A stretch of 64,000 nucleotides of DNA, taken from NCBI RefSeq assembly GCF_964204645.1, contig NC_134031.1:14557807-14621806 (forward strand), read 5' to 3'. Positions 12,801 through 27,800 of this stretch are shown here, piece after piece (within the stretch, counting starts at the first letter, position 1; every line of letters begins with the position of its first letter). The stretch comes from Tubulanus polymorphus (lineage: Eukaryota > Animalia > Nemertea). The notes beneath the pieces were generated by a model. The model was not told the origin of the DNA. It worked only from the letters and a program-made list of their open reading frames with translations, and made no database searches. The translations under genes and the position numbers were made by a program.

Positions 12801-15800
12801 GGGTCCAATTTACTTTTACCAATTTTGAGCAACTGGCCCCAGATTTTTGAAATAACCAACCAGATTTTGAAATTCAGACAAACTTTTGAACTAGCTTCTT
12901 GAAATCAAGACCTATTTCCACGGTTGTGAGTTTGAGTTGAAATCAGCTAATTTCGAACTCCTCCAACTCCCAACTATAAAACTGGACTCGAACCGATAGT
13001 TAAACTGACCGTGAACGATGAGTTGTATTTCTTTAGTAGCGGAACCGGCGTCGTTTTCGGCGATACACGTGTACCTCGCGGCGTGATCCACCTGAACGTT
13101 GTGGATGTACAACGATCCGTCGTCTTGGAAAATGAAATCCACGTTCCTCGGGTCGAACGGGTCGATGTTGACGCGGTCTCGTTGCCAGCGGATTTTAGGC
13201 GGCGGATCACCGAACGTGATACACTCGAGAATCACCGGTTTACCGCTGATAATCGTCTGCTCTAACGGATCGTCGCCGTCGGTAACACCCGTTATAGATG
13301 GCGGAACTGAAAATAAATGGGGCAAATTTCAAATATCAAGGGCGGCGTTATTTCAAATCTCAGGAGCCAGGGTCATTTTCTATCTCAGGGGCAGGTACAT
13401 TTAAAGGTAGGGACACACGAGCGGTTTTTTTGCGCCCGATCGCGAGGATTAAATTCGCCAGCAAATTCGCCGACGAATTTATACGCCCGATACAAGCGGG
13501 CACACGTAGCGTACAAAACCGAAATTTGGTCAGCGACTGGCACTTAGTGGGAGAGAGTTAACGAATCAACAATGCATCCTATTGGTTGATAAAAATGGAT
13601 CGCTCGCCGAAATTCGCCGAGTGCGGGCAGACGAGCGAATTTGCGGACGATCCGATCGCCGGCGTAAATAATTGGCCGAGAATATTAAACATGTTCGACA
13701 CTGGTGATTTGCCGGGCGATCGAGTCGGCCGACGAAATCGTCGTCGCCATGAGTGGCCATACGAGCAAATTTCGCCGCGATCAAGGGAAAAAATACGCTC
13801 GTGTTCCCCTACCTTAAAGCTCAGGGGCGGCGTTATTTTAAAACTCAGGGGCACGCGTAATGTAATCTAAGGGGTGGGAGCACTATAAGTCTCATCCTCT
13901 CCTCTGGCTTTCTTCCGAATCTTTTCATGACAAAATAGCAAGATTTTTGAACATTTTTCGCATAATTCTCTGTCTAGATTTTGCACAGGTCGGGGTGCAA
14001 TAATGAATACATTAACATCAGCAGTTACTGATCACAATCTGGACAGACTTAGGATAGAATTTCTTATAACTTCAACACTTCAACAGTTTGTGCATAAATT
14101 CTTAGCTCCACCGTTTAATGGCGTCAAAGGGGGAATGGAAATATTTTGACGAACAATTTTCTTAATAAATTTTTCATACATTTTCATTAATTTACACGGG
14201 TACTTTACATTTTTCACATGGATGTAACCCGAATTCAGAGATCTTTCACTACTTAATAAATCACCCATGAAACTGAAGAATTTTTACCGTGAACCAATAA
14301 AGAGACGACTTTAGTTGAATTTCCGGCTTTGTTCGAAGCGATGCATTCGTAAAGTCCTTGATTTCGAATATTAGCGTCCAGTATTTCGAGACCTCCGTTG
14401 CTAAGGACCTACAACAATCGATGCATAGAAATTCGTCGTTAACGTAAATTGTGGCGATTTCAACTTCGATATTCGAAATATTACCTTGAATTGAGTGACG
14501 TTAGGTATAAGTTGGCCGTCTTTTTTCCAGGTTATAATGGCAGCAGGAATCGCCGTGACCTCGCACGGGATTACGATATCGTCACCATTAACGACGCTGT
14601 ATTCATCTTCATCTCGGTTTATTGTGGGCGGAACTAAAATACAGAACATAAGTTTGAAAATGAACTCCAACTAAAGAACTCTTTCAAACTCTCACTAGAG
14701 ATGATCTCTATTAAGAATTCAAAATGTCAGATATTTTGATTCGAATTCTTGTTGAATAAAATTCGTTTTTAATCATTTAGTTCCTGTATATAGAGGTTTT
14801 TAAACGTAGTATCTGTTCTCCACGACTGAGTGTACAGGCTGCTCTATCACTAAAATACAGGGGTCAGTTGCTGGAACGTTCATTAAAGGTAGCTGGCGGA
14901 TAAATGCCATAGCAATAATGAGCTTATGATTCTCACTATATCAACTATCCACTCATTAACTTACTAACTTTTGAGCAACTGATCCCTGTATTTTTTGTTG
15001 TTTTCAGAATTTTAGTTTTATACAATTAAAATACTGACCTTGTACGAACAAATTGACTCTTTTTGTAGCGATTCCGGCCACGTTCAATGCCGTACAGCTA
15101 TAAACAGCAGTGTCCTGGGGATCCACGCTGAATATATTCAAACTACCGTCTGCCGCTATCAGATAATGCGGGTCAGTCACCGATATACGCTGACTGTTCT
15201 TTGTCCATGATAATAGAGGGCGTGGATCGCCGGTCACATGACAGTCGATCATCACTGGATCGCCGAGGGTAACAATGATTTTAGCTCCGTCTTCGTTTTC
15301 TTCAATTTTCGGCGGAACTGTCGAATAGAAGGTCGAGGCTGTATTTACCAACATTGCTGATAATAGTTAGAATACAGAACACGAAGGTAGCAATCAGTTT
15401 GCAGCCTGGAATTCAGGCCGCAAAGAGGGTTCATGGTCTAGGCTATAAGGGGAGGGCTAACCTGAGGGGAGTAGAGTCCAGGCTGCAGATTGTCTAAGGG
15501 GGTACAGAGTCCAGAGTACAGGTTGTCTGAGGGAGTACAGAGTCCCTGCAGATTGTTTGAGGGGTACAGGGTCCAGGCTGAGGTTGTCCGACAGTCCAAG
15601 CTGCAGGTTGTCCAAGGGTCCAGGCTGAGGTTGTCCGAGGGTCCTGGCTGCAGGTTGTCCAAGGGTCCAAACTGCAGAGGTTAACTAAGGGTCCAGGCCC
15701 CAGAGTTGTCCAAGGGTCCAGACTGATCGGGGCTGCAGGGTATAATGAACACTTACCCTGAACACTAATAGTCATTGTATGCGTGATATTTCCCCCTACG

Positions 15801-18800
15801 TTACTCGCTACGCAAGTATAATCTCCGGCATCTTCTGCTTGAATATTCTCGATCATCAGATTCCCGTGCGCGTCCATTTTGATCGAATCCGTCTCCGTCA
15901 GAATACCGAGTCCTTTCAACCACGTCAAGGTCGGCGGAGGTGTTCCCTCTATGATCGTACAGGTCAGCACGGCCGTGTGACCTTTATGAACTACCAGCGA
16001 CGACGTGTACGTTCGAATCTTCGGTAGAACTGAAATTACATAAATGAAAAATTATCGACTCAACAGCTCGAGCACAGTTTCTCTCTTGGACTTAGATTTA
16101 AGATCAGTTTAAGACTATCTTTAAACTAGAGCGACTTAAACAAGTTGAGACCAGATTTAAGACACTTTTTGAGCGTAAGTTGTAACTGCGCACTCCTCGG
16201 CCTAGTCCGACAGTCATGGCTAAAGATTTGAGACACGTCTAAGGCCAACATAATTCTATACCTAATCTAACAATTTAAGTCCACTTTTACAACTTAAATC
16301 TCGACTTTGGAACCGAAAGACGCCGGAATCTATAAATGTCTGTTCTCCGCATGCTGCAATTCTAAAGGGGGCTGCATTCATTGTTAAGTGTATGAAATCA
16401 TGGCTGATTCAGCAGCTAAGCTTTCAATCCCCCAAAAAGTACAGAAAATTAAGCTTAATTTTTGTATAATCTTCTATTTTTCACATTACGTATTACGAAG
16501 CTCAATATATTTCAAAGCAATTATCGGAACTGATAGAATATTGACATCCACTCTGGTGGGGGCAGCAGATTTTTCATAGGGGGTGGCTGATTTTCAGAGG
16601 GGTGGATGTAAAAATGAAAGGGGTGGCCACCCTTCTAAACCTGTTGCGGAGAACACTGAGTTCCAAAGGCAAGACTAAGTAGAGAGGAGGAGACTAACCG
16701 ATTCCTGTAATCGCTAATTGCGCCATCACTTCCCATTCTCCTAACGGATTCTTTCCTTTACAAATATACAACCCCTCATCTTTACGAGCAGCAGCTGCAA
16801 ACAAAAAACAAACCGACCAACAATCGAAACCGTTAGAAATATCGCCTTTAGATAACTTCAAAACCGATTAAACGATCGAAGCGTCTTACATTGAACGAAC
16901 AAACTTCCGTCTTGTAGAATCTTGTATCGGTCGTGGTTGATTGGTCGACCGTCCTCATGTGACCATTCGATCCGCGGAATGGGATTTCCAACGATGCCGC
17001 ACGGTAACGACCCGTTCTCGTGAATCCCGATACCGACGCTGTAGAACGGAAGAGCGCTGGTCGGGGGAACTACACGAAACACAAATTGAAAGAATACCAA
17101 CAAAACTTTTACAATTTATTTCGATATACTGGAATTGTGTTGAAATGTCGTTGTAATTCCTGAAATGTCATTGTAATTGTTGAAATGACGTTTCAATTGT
17201 TTATATGTTGTTGTAATTTCAGAATTCTCTTTGTAATTGTTTAAATGCCGTTGTATTTGTTGAAATGACGTTTTAATTGTTGAAATGACGTTTTAATTGT
17301 TGAAATGTCGTTGTAATTCCTGAAATGTCGTTGTAATTGTTGAAATGACGTTGTAAATGTCGAAACATTGTTGTAATTGTTGAAATGTCAGTTAGCGTTG
17401 TTCGTGCAATTCTTACCTCCGACTTTCAATCTCATGACGGCGCGATCGGAACCAGCGTCGTTAGTGGCAACGCACGTGTAATCGCCTTCGTCTTGTTCTT
17501 CTATTGTTAGTATGTATAACTCACCTCCGCTCATCTGAACCATCGTTAACTCATCCAACTATAAACGAACGATCGGAAAGATTTCATAGTCGGCTCGTGC
17601 AGACGGAGTCTAATTTGAGTTTGACTTTTAAAGCGTCAAATGAAACGCTCCACAAACACTCTCAATAATCCATGTAAGGGAGCTACGTAAATCTAGAGTA
17701 TGGAGTCTAATTTGAGTCAACTTCAAAAGAGTCAAAATGAAACCTATCACAAATACTATAAATAATCTAATACAAGTGAGCTAAACCTAGAATTTTGGAG
17801 TCTAATTTGAGTCTAAGTTTCATGTTTACTCGAAAGAACTAAAAAATCAACACCCTCTACAAACTCTGTCATTATCATTGTGGGTTAGAATATAGTTAAA
17901 TGTATATAATATAATTGAGTTGAGGTGCAAAAGTTTTTCGATTTGATTCGAGTCCGAGATTCAAAATGGATTCATTTTCAAACTTTTAACGTGAAATCAA
18001 ACCCACGCAACTTTGGAACTGGATCCCGGATCCCCGGAGATTGAGCCTGTAACTGTGGAACTGGAGCCGGCAACTGAGTTTCAATATGAAATTCCCATCT
18101 CTCTGATACTTACAGCTTGGTCGCCTTTATACCACGTAATATTAGGTTGTGGAATTCCCATCGCTTCACAGAATAAAGCAGCGGAATCCCCTCTAGCAAA
18201 CAGATACTGTTTCTTCACCAGTTTCACCCTCGGCGGTTCTGATAATAAACAAAATATTAAAATGTGCAAGTTACTTATGAGCTCAGTCTCTGGATCTGTC
18301 TCATTCAGTCAGACTCAAGTCATACAAGGGTGGCCATTTCCACATCCCCAGATAATGAAACATGCGTCGAAAGCATTATCCCAATTTTTTCCATGATTTT
18401 GGTAAAATATGTCAAATTCCCGGAGTTTTCAATGATTTCTTTTCTTATTCCATGCGTTTCCAGGTTTTCAAGGTCAGTGTGGCCACTCTGGATCATTATG
18501 CTTACGCTTAGTGAATCGAATTCGAAATACAAATTGAGACTCAAAAATTTAGACAACTTAAGCCTAATCTGACGTCTTGACCAAATGATCACTTAACCCT
18601 TTCAGTGCTGACTAATCAATACCCTATAGGGCTGGAGATAATCTGAAAATTTTGGAAGATTCCTCCCTAGTGTGTTGAATAATGGGAATACCAATATAGT
18701 GCGTCTACACCGTGGTGCGGTGTATCATTAGTTACTAAAAGTTCACTATGTTTGGCAGGTGCTGCCATTTTTCAAGAGAGATAATTACTAATTAGTAATT

Positions 18801-21800
18801 ACATCAATACACCGCAGTGCAATGTACTAGCAATATCCATCACCAATTTATACACCGCACTACGGTGTAGACGCACTGAAAGGGTTAAGCGAGTTTGACT
18901 GTAATTGTTACTATGTCGGTCAGTTATCCACCAAATATAGACTTTCAGAATAGGACGAAATTGTCTAAAGTCCGATTAATACAGTGGAACCTCGTTATAC
19001 AGCGAACTTCACCGGACCAGAAAATACATTCGTTATAACCGTCAGTTCGTTATATCCAGTGTGAAATCAATTAAATCGTCTTACTTGGGACGAAATTCTA
19101 CATTTTTTTATATCCGATGAATCGTCGTATCTGAGTTTGTTTGTTATAACGAGACGTTCCACTGCATATTGTGAATTGTTCAATAACGTACCCCAATATT
19201 CCAATATAGCAACCTCTGTATCCTCTCCGGCCGGATTCGTCGCTATGCACTCGTATTGTCCAGCGTCTTCTCGCTTCAGATCGGTGATGGTCAACACGCC
19301 TTCTTTAGTGAACGACAGCTTATCGGAATTGCTGATCACCTGACCGTCGCGCATCCACGAGAACAACGGTTCCGGGAATCCGGTCGCAGAGCAATGATAC
19401 GTGACGTTCTTCTTCGTTCCGACAACGAAACTCTGAACTTGCGGGTAAATTTTAACCGTCGGGGAACCTTTAATTATGATATCATCGATATATCAAAACC
19501 AGATATCAACAATATTAGGCACAAAATCGTGATTAATGATGTACTAATCACAATTCATAGATAGTCGATCTTTGGAAGTTTGTTAGTTAGTTACCTAATC
19601 GTGGGTGGTAAGCTTTTTATAATCGGATGGGCTTATACCACAACGTTAGGGCCAAAACACGGTTGAAAAAAGTAACACTTCGAAAATATACTTTCTATTT
19701 ATGAAAATTTTTGGGAAAAAATCCAATCGTGAAACTAAACCAGACAGGTTACTGACTAGAAGTTTGTATGAACCAAGGTCCACAGTCCAGGCAAATTTGA
19801 TTCTGAAGTTAATACCTTTTCATTTCCAATGTTTTAACTCAAATCTCTAGATTCGGGTTCAGGATTCTGTTCTATAGTTCTTAGATTAAGTTAAAATCAG
19901 GTCACTGTTTTAACCCTGGGCGCGGTTTTATAGACTGGTATTGCCTTTAAACTGCATGGCTGTCAACCATGCTATTATGTAACACATTGAATTTTTATCA
20001 GTAACATTTCATTGAAATATGAAAGAAAATGTTCAAATTAATCCATAATCAACAGTAAGACCATCAGTAACATTTTTCATATTTCTGTTCAAATCAATCA
20101 GTAATCAACAGTAATACCCTCAGTAACATCTTTCATATTTCTGTTCAAATTAATCAGTAATCAACAGTAAGACCATCAGTAACATCTTTCATATTTCTGT
20201 TCAAATTAATCAGTTTTCAACAGTAAGACCCTCAGTAACATCTTTCATCTTTCTGTTCAAATTAATCAGTAATCAATGGTTAGACCACCAGTAACATCTT
20301 TCATATTTCTGTATGCATCAAACAAATTAAATCAGTATTTCTCTTTATAAAATAGTAACAAGTACTGAAAATCAGCGACAGTCGGCAGCTCTGATCCCAG
20401 GGGTCAACTCTCTGGATTAAAGATACCAGTCTATAAAACCGCTTAAGATTTCAACTGAGAACTATAGAACTATGGAATTGTTTTTCATAAACTTACGATT
20501 AATGAAAACGTGAATCGTCTCTTCGTTGAAACCTCCTTCATTCGCCGCACGACAATTATACTTGCCTTCATCGGATATCTCTACATTCCTGTCACATTTT
20601 CAAAAGTTAAATTCAGATTCAGTTGATTTGTTATTGAGGCTTTTTTACAACCCAAAGATGAATGAACTTCGGGAACATAACTTGGGCTCAGTTTCACAGA
20701 AAAAAGATTTTAAATTGATTTAAGACCATTTGAGTGAAACTGGACCCAGACGTTGAGATTAAGGTAGCATGGTTTGCACAGTTACATGAATACAAAATTC
20801 TCTAGTTTTTCCCAAGTATTTGATGGGTGATTTTTCAATTTTGCCAAATGGAAATGAACAGATACCCTCATGCTACAGTCAACATTTTAGTGTTGACTGG
20901 TTGATAAAGGTGATTTCTAAGAAGAATTCCTGAAGAAAGTTTCCTTCGGCAAATGCTACGTGAAGTGTAAAATGAATTTCCCAAATATTTCCTGGATTAG
21001 AGGAAAATCTATCCAATTCCCAAATCTTTCCAAACCGGGAAATATTATTAAGAAATTCCAAAGTTTTTTCACGGTACTATCTTCCTGTTTAGAGAAAGGT
21101 TTCAGACGGAGATTGCGGTTATGTTACTTACTCGATCAGCATCGAACCGTTACTAAACACTGTTACTTTCGGGTCGAGCGTCAGGTCTATGTTCGAACCA
21201 TCCCGATACCAGGTCATGTTATAATCCACCGAACTATACGCGATACAACTCAACAGAGCATTGCGTCCCGGGGTAACCGATACGTTAAACGGTACCAGGA
21301 TACTCGGTGGGGGGTCTGAAATTGAAAATGGAGAAATGTTCGTTGTAATATTCCGACAACTGAATGAGAGGGAGGGGAAAATGGTTCCATTTGAAATTGA
21401 GACACATGAAAGCAGCCATCTTAGATTTTGATTGCTTGCGAAACTTGGGCTCCTCGGACCAGTTCAATGAACGAGACTTAAATTTAAAGGTGGACTTAAA
21501 TCTTAAAGACAGGTCTGAAAGGTGTTAGATTATATAAATGGGATTTTCTTAGAGTGGTTTTAAAATCCAAGCCGCGACAACAAATGGCCCCATGTGTCCA
21601 AATGTCTTGAAATTTTGTGTAAGTTTCGTCGCACAATTTGATCAAAATCCGGTCTAATCCAAGATGGCGCTGCTTACTTTAAACTACCTTTGATATCGAG
21701 GAATGTTTGCGCAATTCCGGTTCCCATGATGCTCGTCGCGTTGCACATATAAACACCCTCCGAGAATATACTAGCAGACGGAACCTCCAGCGTCGCTACG

Positions 21801-24800
21801 GCCGTCTCACGGAAATACAACAATTGACCCTCCGGATTACTGTCGCGGAACCACTGTACGGCGAACGGAATTAAACTATCCACGTTACATTTGATCGTCG
21901 CGGTAGCGTCGTAGTAACCGTGGGTGATGGCGGGCATGCGGACTAGCGGTGGAGCGGGTAGGTCAGCGCTGAGGGCAGTCGGCGTTTTACGCTGGAATCT
22001 ATATCCCAATTCATCTACACCTTCAACCTAAAACATATAAACAAATTCATTCAGGGATCAAAATATCCACAGTTCTACAATTCGAATTCCACAGTTCTAC
22101 AGTTCTACAGTTCCACAGTTCTATAGTTCCACAGTTCTACTGTTCTACAGTTCCAGTTCCACAGTTCCACAGTTCTACTACAGCTCAACAGTTATACACT
22201 TCTCTCAGGATAATCGACTAAAAAATTTATTCAAACTGGATTCAAACTTATATCCAACAACTGTGGAATAACAGGTGTCCTCAACTGTGGAATTGTATCC
22301 TAGACTGTGGAACTGGGTCCTGAAATGTATAACTGGGTCATGAACCTGGGTCACAGTCGCGGCTTAAGTCCAAACGTGGTCTTTGATATTAAGACTGGTC
22401 TTAAGTTGTAAGATTTCCTAGAACTAAGTTGGTCTTAGACTGGTCTTAAATCAATGCTATGCCGGGGACTGAAGAAATGGGACCTCGACTGAATATTTGA
22501 CAATGAACTAATTTTTCAAACTCTTAAACACGATTAGGGCTCAGTTCCACACTTGTGAGTTAGAGTTAACTTAGAGAGTGACTTAAAGTTAGTTCATTTT
22601 CGATGTTGTAACTCAAGAGTCAAATCTTAACTCACAACTGTGGAACTGGATCCTGAGTTATTGTTAACTCTGAGTTAAAATCAATTTATTTTCATCGAGT
22701 TAACTCTGAGTCAAATCTTAACTCAGAACTGTGGAACTGGACCCTGAATACTTTAATACGTTCGTTTTTTCGAATTTTCATTCTAGATTTCGCTTACTTT
22801 CAGGAAGAAGAATCCCTCGGCCGGAGGCATGAAACTCGAGACGTTGTAAAGATGAGGTCGCGACGGGTCCTGAACTATCGGCACTTCGATTAGAGATTTA
22901 CCGTACAGGTCGACGAGGGTTAACTTGGTGAAACGTCCCGGCGGTTTCAAATCGGTCGAATTCAACACAACATACGTCGGTATACCTGAAATTATCATTT
23001 TCGAAAATTTGAATTTAACAGTTTTTAACGGACTAAGTGGGATCCTTCAATACAGTGTACGACAGATTAACAATCAATGGTTTAGTTTGAAAAATTATTG
23101 AAAATCAAAACAGCTTTTCTGGCCTTCTCAAAATTAAAGAAACTTTGTGCCTATTTGGATTTACAACATTCACAGCTCATTATAACACCAGCCCCAGGAC
23201 TGTCAAAATTTTGGCTGTACAACGAATGTAGCAGTAGGCCTATAACGAAATGGTGATCGTTAAATTTGACGTAGCATACAAGACACGACTATCAACGAAA
23301 TCCAGAATTAGACATCAGTTGATTTCAATTTAAGAAGTGTAAAGGTCATTGTTCATTTCAATTAGATAATAGAAAAAATTTATACAGTAGATGTGCCAAA
23401 CACATGATTCTTAACAACAATGGACGGGAAATATCGTGACAAAAGATCATTGGTATCTTGAATAAATGTTTTTTCTATGAGTTTGAATAGAACTATTCTA
23501 GGATCTCGTTGGACGTTATGGTGGACGGTGAGAGGTGGTACAACGAGAGCTATTTACATACATATAGATAGGCCTACCAAATAAACTGCGCACAAGCGAA
23601 ATTCTTGGAAATAGGTGAATTTGGCGGTATAACCGATGGCGGTTAAACGAGCTTTGACTGTATTCAATTTCTTTTTTTCAATCTTCATTGAGACCAATGT
23701 TTCCCCACTTTTTGGGAGGGTAAATTCGAACAGTCCACCCCGTTAATCGGCGCTTGCATTTATTGCACCCGATTTGAGAGCGGATGAAATGGAACAGACA
23801 TCAGCTACGCACGTACCTTGCACCGGACGGTGATCAGTCTCATTCAAATTCAGTGTCGGTTTCCGGGAAAACCCATGCACGAAATCGAGCGTACTGAGAC
23901 CGGTCACGCGTAGACTATGAGGACTAGAGCTTTCTACGATCAGTTTCCATAATCCGGGTTTAGGGTCGTTGATGCTGACTATCAACGCTTTCTTCAGTTT
24001 CAGTAACGTATCCAGACCGTTGCCAGCTGTATAACGCTTTCCTTCACAAATAGAATACAACGAAAATCATTATCACAAAACATTTTCCCAAATTTTTAAG
24101 ACTTTCGCATTAAGCAGGTTCAAATCGGTCTCTACCGATCCTGGAATACAGACTAGAATACACTCTTCCTGGAATGGTATAATCTGTAAACCTGATAGAA
24201 GCGGCCGGTAGAGAGTTTGGTAGGTTTTGATTTGTCTCAACTGATTCTGGAAGAATTCTCTTCTGGCGCGTTCAAGACTAGAATACACTCTACCTATTCT
24301 GGAATGGTATAATCTGTAAACCTGATAGAAGCGGCCGGTAGGGAGTTTCGTAGGTTTAGATTTGTCTCAACTGATTCTGGAAGAATTCTCCTCTGGCGCG
24401 TTCGAGACTAGAATACACTTTACCTATTCCGGAATGGTATAATCTGTAAACCTGATAGAAGCGGCCGGTACAGTTTGGCAGGTTTTGATTTGTCTCAATT
24501 TATTCTGGAAGAATTCTCTTCCGGCGCGACCGGTATACATACACTTACACCAGTGCGGCCAGGAGAGAGTTTTCTTTTGACAGCCACCAACAATGAGATA
24601 CGATAGTAATAACAGACAAACTTCAAAATAAATCTTCCGTAGAGAGTTGAGGTAGTTGAATATCCATAAAAACGTAAACACGATGAATCTCATTTTCAAA
24701 TGAGTAAATAAGTTTATTGATAACGAACATCTTCGGGAACATTTCCCCTCATCAGGTATAAAACAAGTGACTATACAAATCGATAACATAGAGGTGTTTA

Positions 24801-27800
24801 TATACAAACAAATCTTTCTCAATTACAAACTATTAAAATTGGCTAAAATAAACCGAAATAAACTGGTTTGTTTGTAAGATTTGTTTGTATACCTCTATGT
24901 TGTTCTTTGTTTTATACCCGATGAGGGGAAATGTTCCTGAAAACGTTTTGTTAACAATAATTTTCAAAATGTTGCCGAGGATTATCTATGAAACCGGGGC
25001 CTGAATGTAGGTATGAATACTGTACCTTTAGGATCGACGAGTATAACTTGAGGTAGTTCTCCGCTCAGCGATACCGTGATATTCGGCAGTTTCGAATCTA
25101 TAGGTAATTCTATAGACTCTCGTCCGCTCTTCAAATCAACCGACAACACGTTCACTTTCCTCGACTGTACAGCTACCTCGACAAAATTCAACACCTTTCA
25201 AAAAAAAAAAACGAAGTATAATAATCATAAAAGTAGGTTCCCATTGACAAGAGACGGTCCATCCGTAATTCTATTGAAGTAAAACAGGGTGCGATCACTT
25301 GTCCGAAGACCCAGGGCTATTTCAGTTTATTTTCATTAGGGTAAGTAGGTTATCATAGCTAGTGTAATGTTATGTCTCAAAGTTTTTTTTATTTGTCCAC
25401 CGGGCTAGTGTAATTTTAAGCCTCAAAACCTTTTTACTTGTCCACCGGGCTAGTGTAATTTTATGTCTCAAAGCTTTTTTTACTTGTCCACCGGGCTAGT
25501 GTAATTCTATGCCTCAAAACCTTTTTACTTGTCCACAGGGCTAGTGTAATTTTATGCCTCAAAACCTTTTTACTTGTCCACCGGGCTAGTATAATTTCAT
25601 GTCTCAAAACCTTTTTACTTGTCCACCGGGCTAGTGTAATTTTATGTCTCAAAGCTTTTTCCAACTCGATATAACCAAGGGCTATAAGTAATGAATTTTT
25701 TCAGTAACATTTAATTGAAATATGACAGAAAATGTTCAAATTAATCAGTAATCAACGGGAAGACCCTTAATAACACTTTTCCTATTTCTGTACGCATCAA
25801 ACATATATAATCAGTATTTCTCTGGATAAAGTAGTAACAAATACTGAAAATCATGAACAGTTGGCAGCTATGTATAACAGATGATTGTGTCACCAATATG
25901 GACTGGTTGTGTAGGGCAAATTTAGGGCGAAATATCAGATATGCTTGCCCCATGGGCAAGTGGCTTTTATTTCTTAGATTGAACCTGTAAAAACTCATCA
26001 AATTGTGGATAACAACTCAAGAGATTGTAGCGACATTTTAACTCAATAAGCCTTTTTACAGTTTCCAGGCACCATTTTTTTGGGTACCCGCTGGGTCTGC
26101 ATTGTAGAATTTTTTCCCGGGTTAATTTTTTTATCTCGTTCATATCTCTGGATTGTATTAAGATAGAAACAAAGTAAAAATATCGATGAACTCAGCTGAT
26201 AATTTACTTTTTTATGATATCACTCATTTATAAAGTTAACGCAACAATGCGCGCTGGTGAAGTTATAAACATTGATATCGTCTTCCCGATAATTCAACTT
26301 TTGAAACATTTTTTTACTCGCTCCTCTCTCAACTTTTGTTAATAATTGTGACTTATTTTCTTTGACATCACAACTTATCGTTGTTTGAACTATTCAAAAA
26401 AAATATACGTCAGTAATTAGAGCAATCACAATGTACGTAACACATATTTCTATCTATTAGAAAAACAATTATACGATCATCCAATTACATACTTATCAAC
26501 TTTAACCACACAAGACTTAAATATGAGTGCAATTTGATCAGCAAAAAGGTTATAGATCAAAATGATTCAGTTTCAAGTATGCTATTTAGAGCCCTTTCAC
26601 TTAGAGCTTACTCTTCAAGAAAATTGAATATTCTGCTTAATAGTAGAAGATTTCTGCTGTCAATGTGATGGAAAAATGTTTGAGCAGAAAGGCAGAAACT
26701 TCCAAACATTGCAATGGAAAGAGAAAATAGATAATTCCCCTTTGGGAAGAGCATAATCAAACAGAGCCTAGAAATATCAACACAAAAAAACTAGGTTCTC
26801 AAATTCTTGGTTCTGGATTATGAAGTTATAACGGTTGAAATTAACTGATTTTAACTCTTCACATCAACCTTGACCGAGAACTGTGGAACCGAGTCCTGTT
26901 GGTTTTTTACTCATAGCTAGACGTATCGGCCCCACTCCGCGCGGTTGCGCCACCGCGCAGGATTTACGCGAAGCAGCAAACACAAACATGGCCACTGCGC
27001 TCAATTTTCAATGATAGAAATCGTGTGTACATTTAGATTATTTCGGCTGTTAGGGTTTTAGGGCACAATATAAGTTGATGATGTGATATGGCGATGTTAA
27101 TTAATGATAATTCCGCAGTGAAGCTAGTCACGAACGGTGCCGATTGAGTGTACAGCTGCCAAAAACACTGAAATGTGCGTAGTTGCGTAACTATTTGCAG
27201 TGAATTGCAGACGAAACATGAAGCCTTAACGGCCGTTTAAAAAAAAATTATACCAACTGCAATTGCAAAGTTAAAATTCTGGGCATTTCTAAAATGTTAT
27301 TACTAATTTTTAGTCAGTGCCGAACGTTTAGTTTTCCAACAATAATGAGGGGTGGTAGGTAGTCATGCAATTAAAGTCATCATTTATTACACGTTACTTC
27401 CGTGTTGTTGAAAATCTCGTGAGTCCTGGACCAAACCCCAATGAACAATGTGGTCTGTGTGCTGGCCACAAATGCACACAGATCACACTACACTACCCAT
27501 TACAAACTCCAGTACCCACAGCTTTCATATATCCATCCAAATATTTAGAGTGTCTTTCTTCCTGGATTTCGAGGTAAAGCCTCGGTGGCGAGAGTCCTAG
27601 CAGTAACATACCTGATTGACTTGTGATTTTTTCAATAAGAAAACCTGTCCAGAACTCGTGGCTGCGATCGTCTCGTACGCTTTAAATCCAGGAGCAGACG
27701 TATTACCACAATCACCGGTCATTACAAACACTACCTGTTAAAACAACACAAATACAATAGTTACTGAGATGGATATACAAGGGTATGGTAGGAGCGCGGC

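Noticed and set aside
13298-13870. GC-rich ORFs on both strands
   Set aside because: Lie within or across a 410-bp MITE; no transposase or other recognisable motifs.
21676-21687. Alternative GTAAG donor 10 nt downstream of HMCN1 exon 7
   Set aside because: Gives phase 2, incompatible with the phase-1 next exon.
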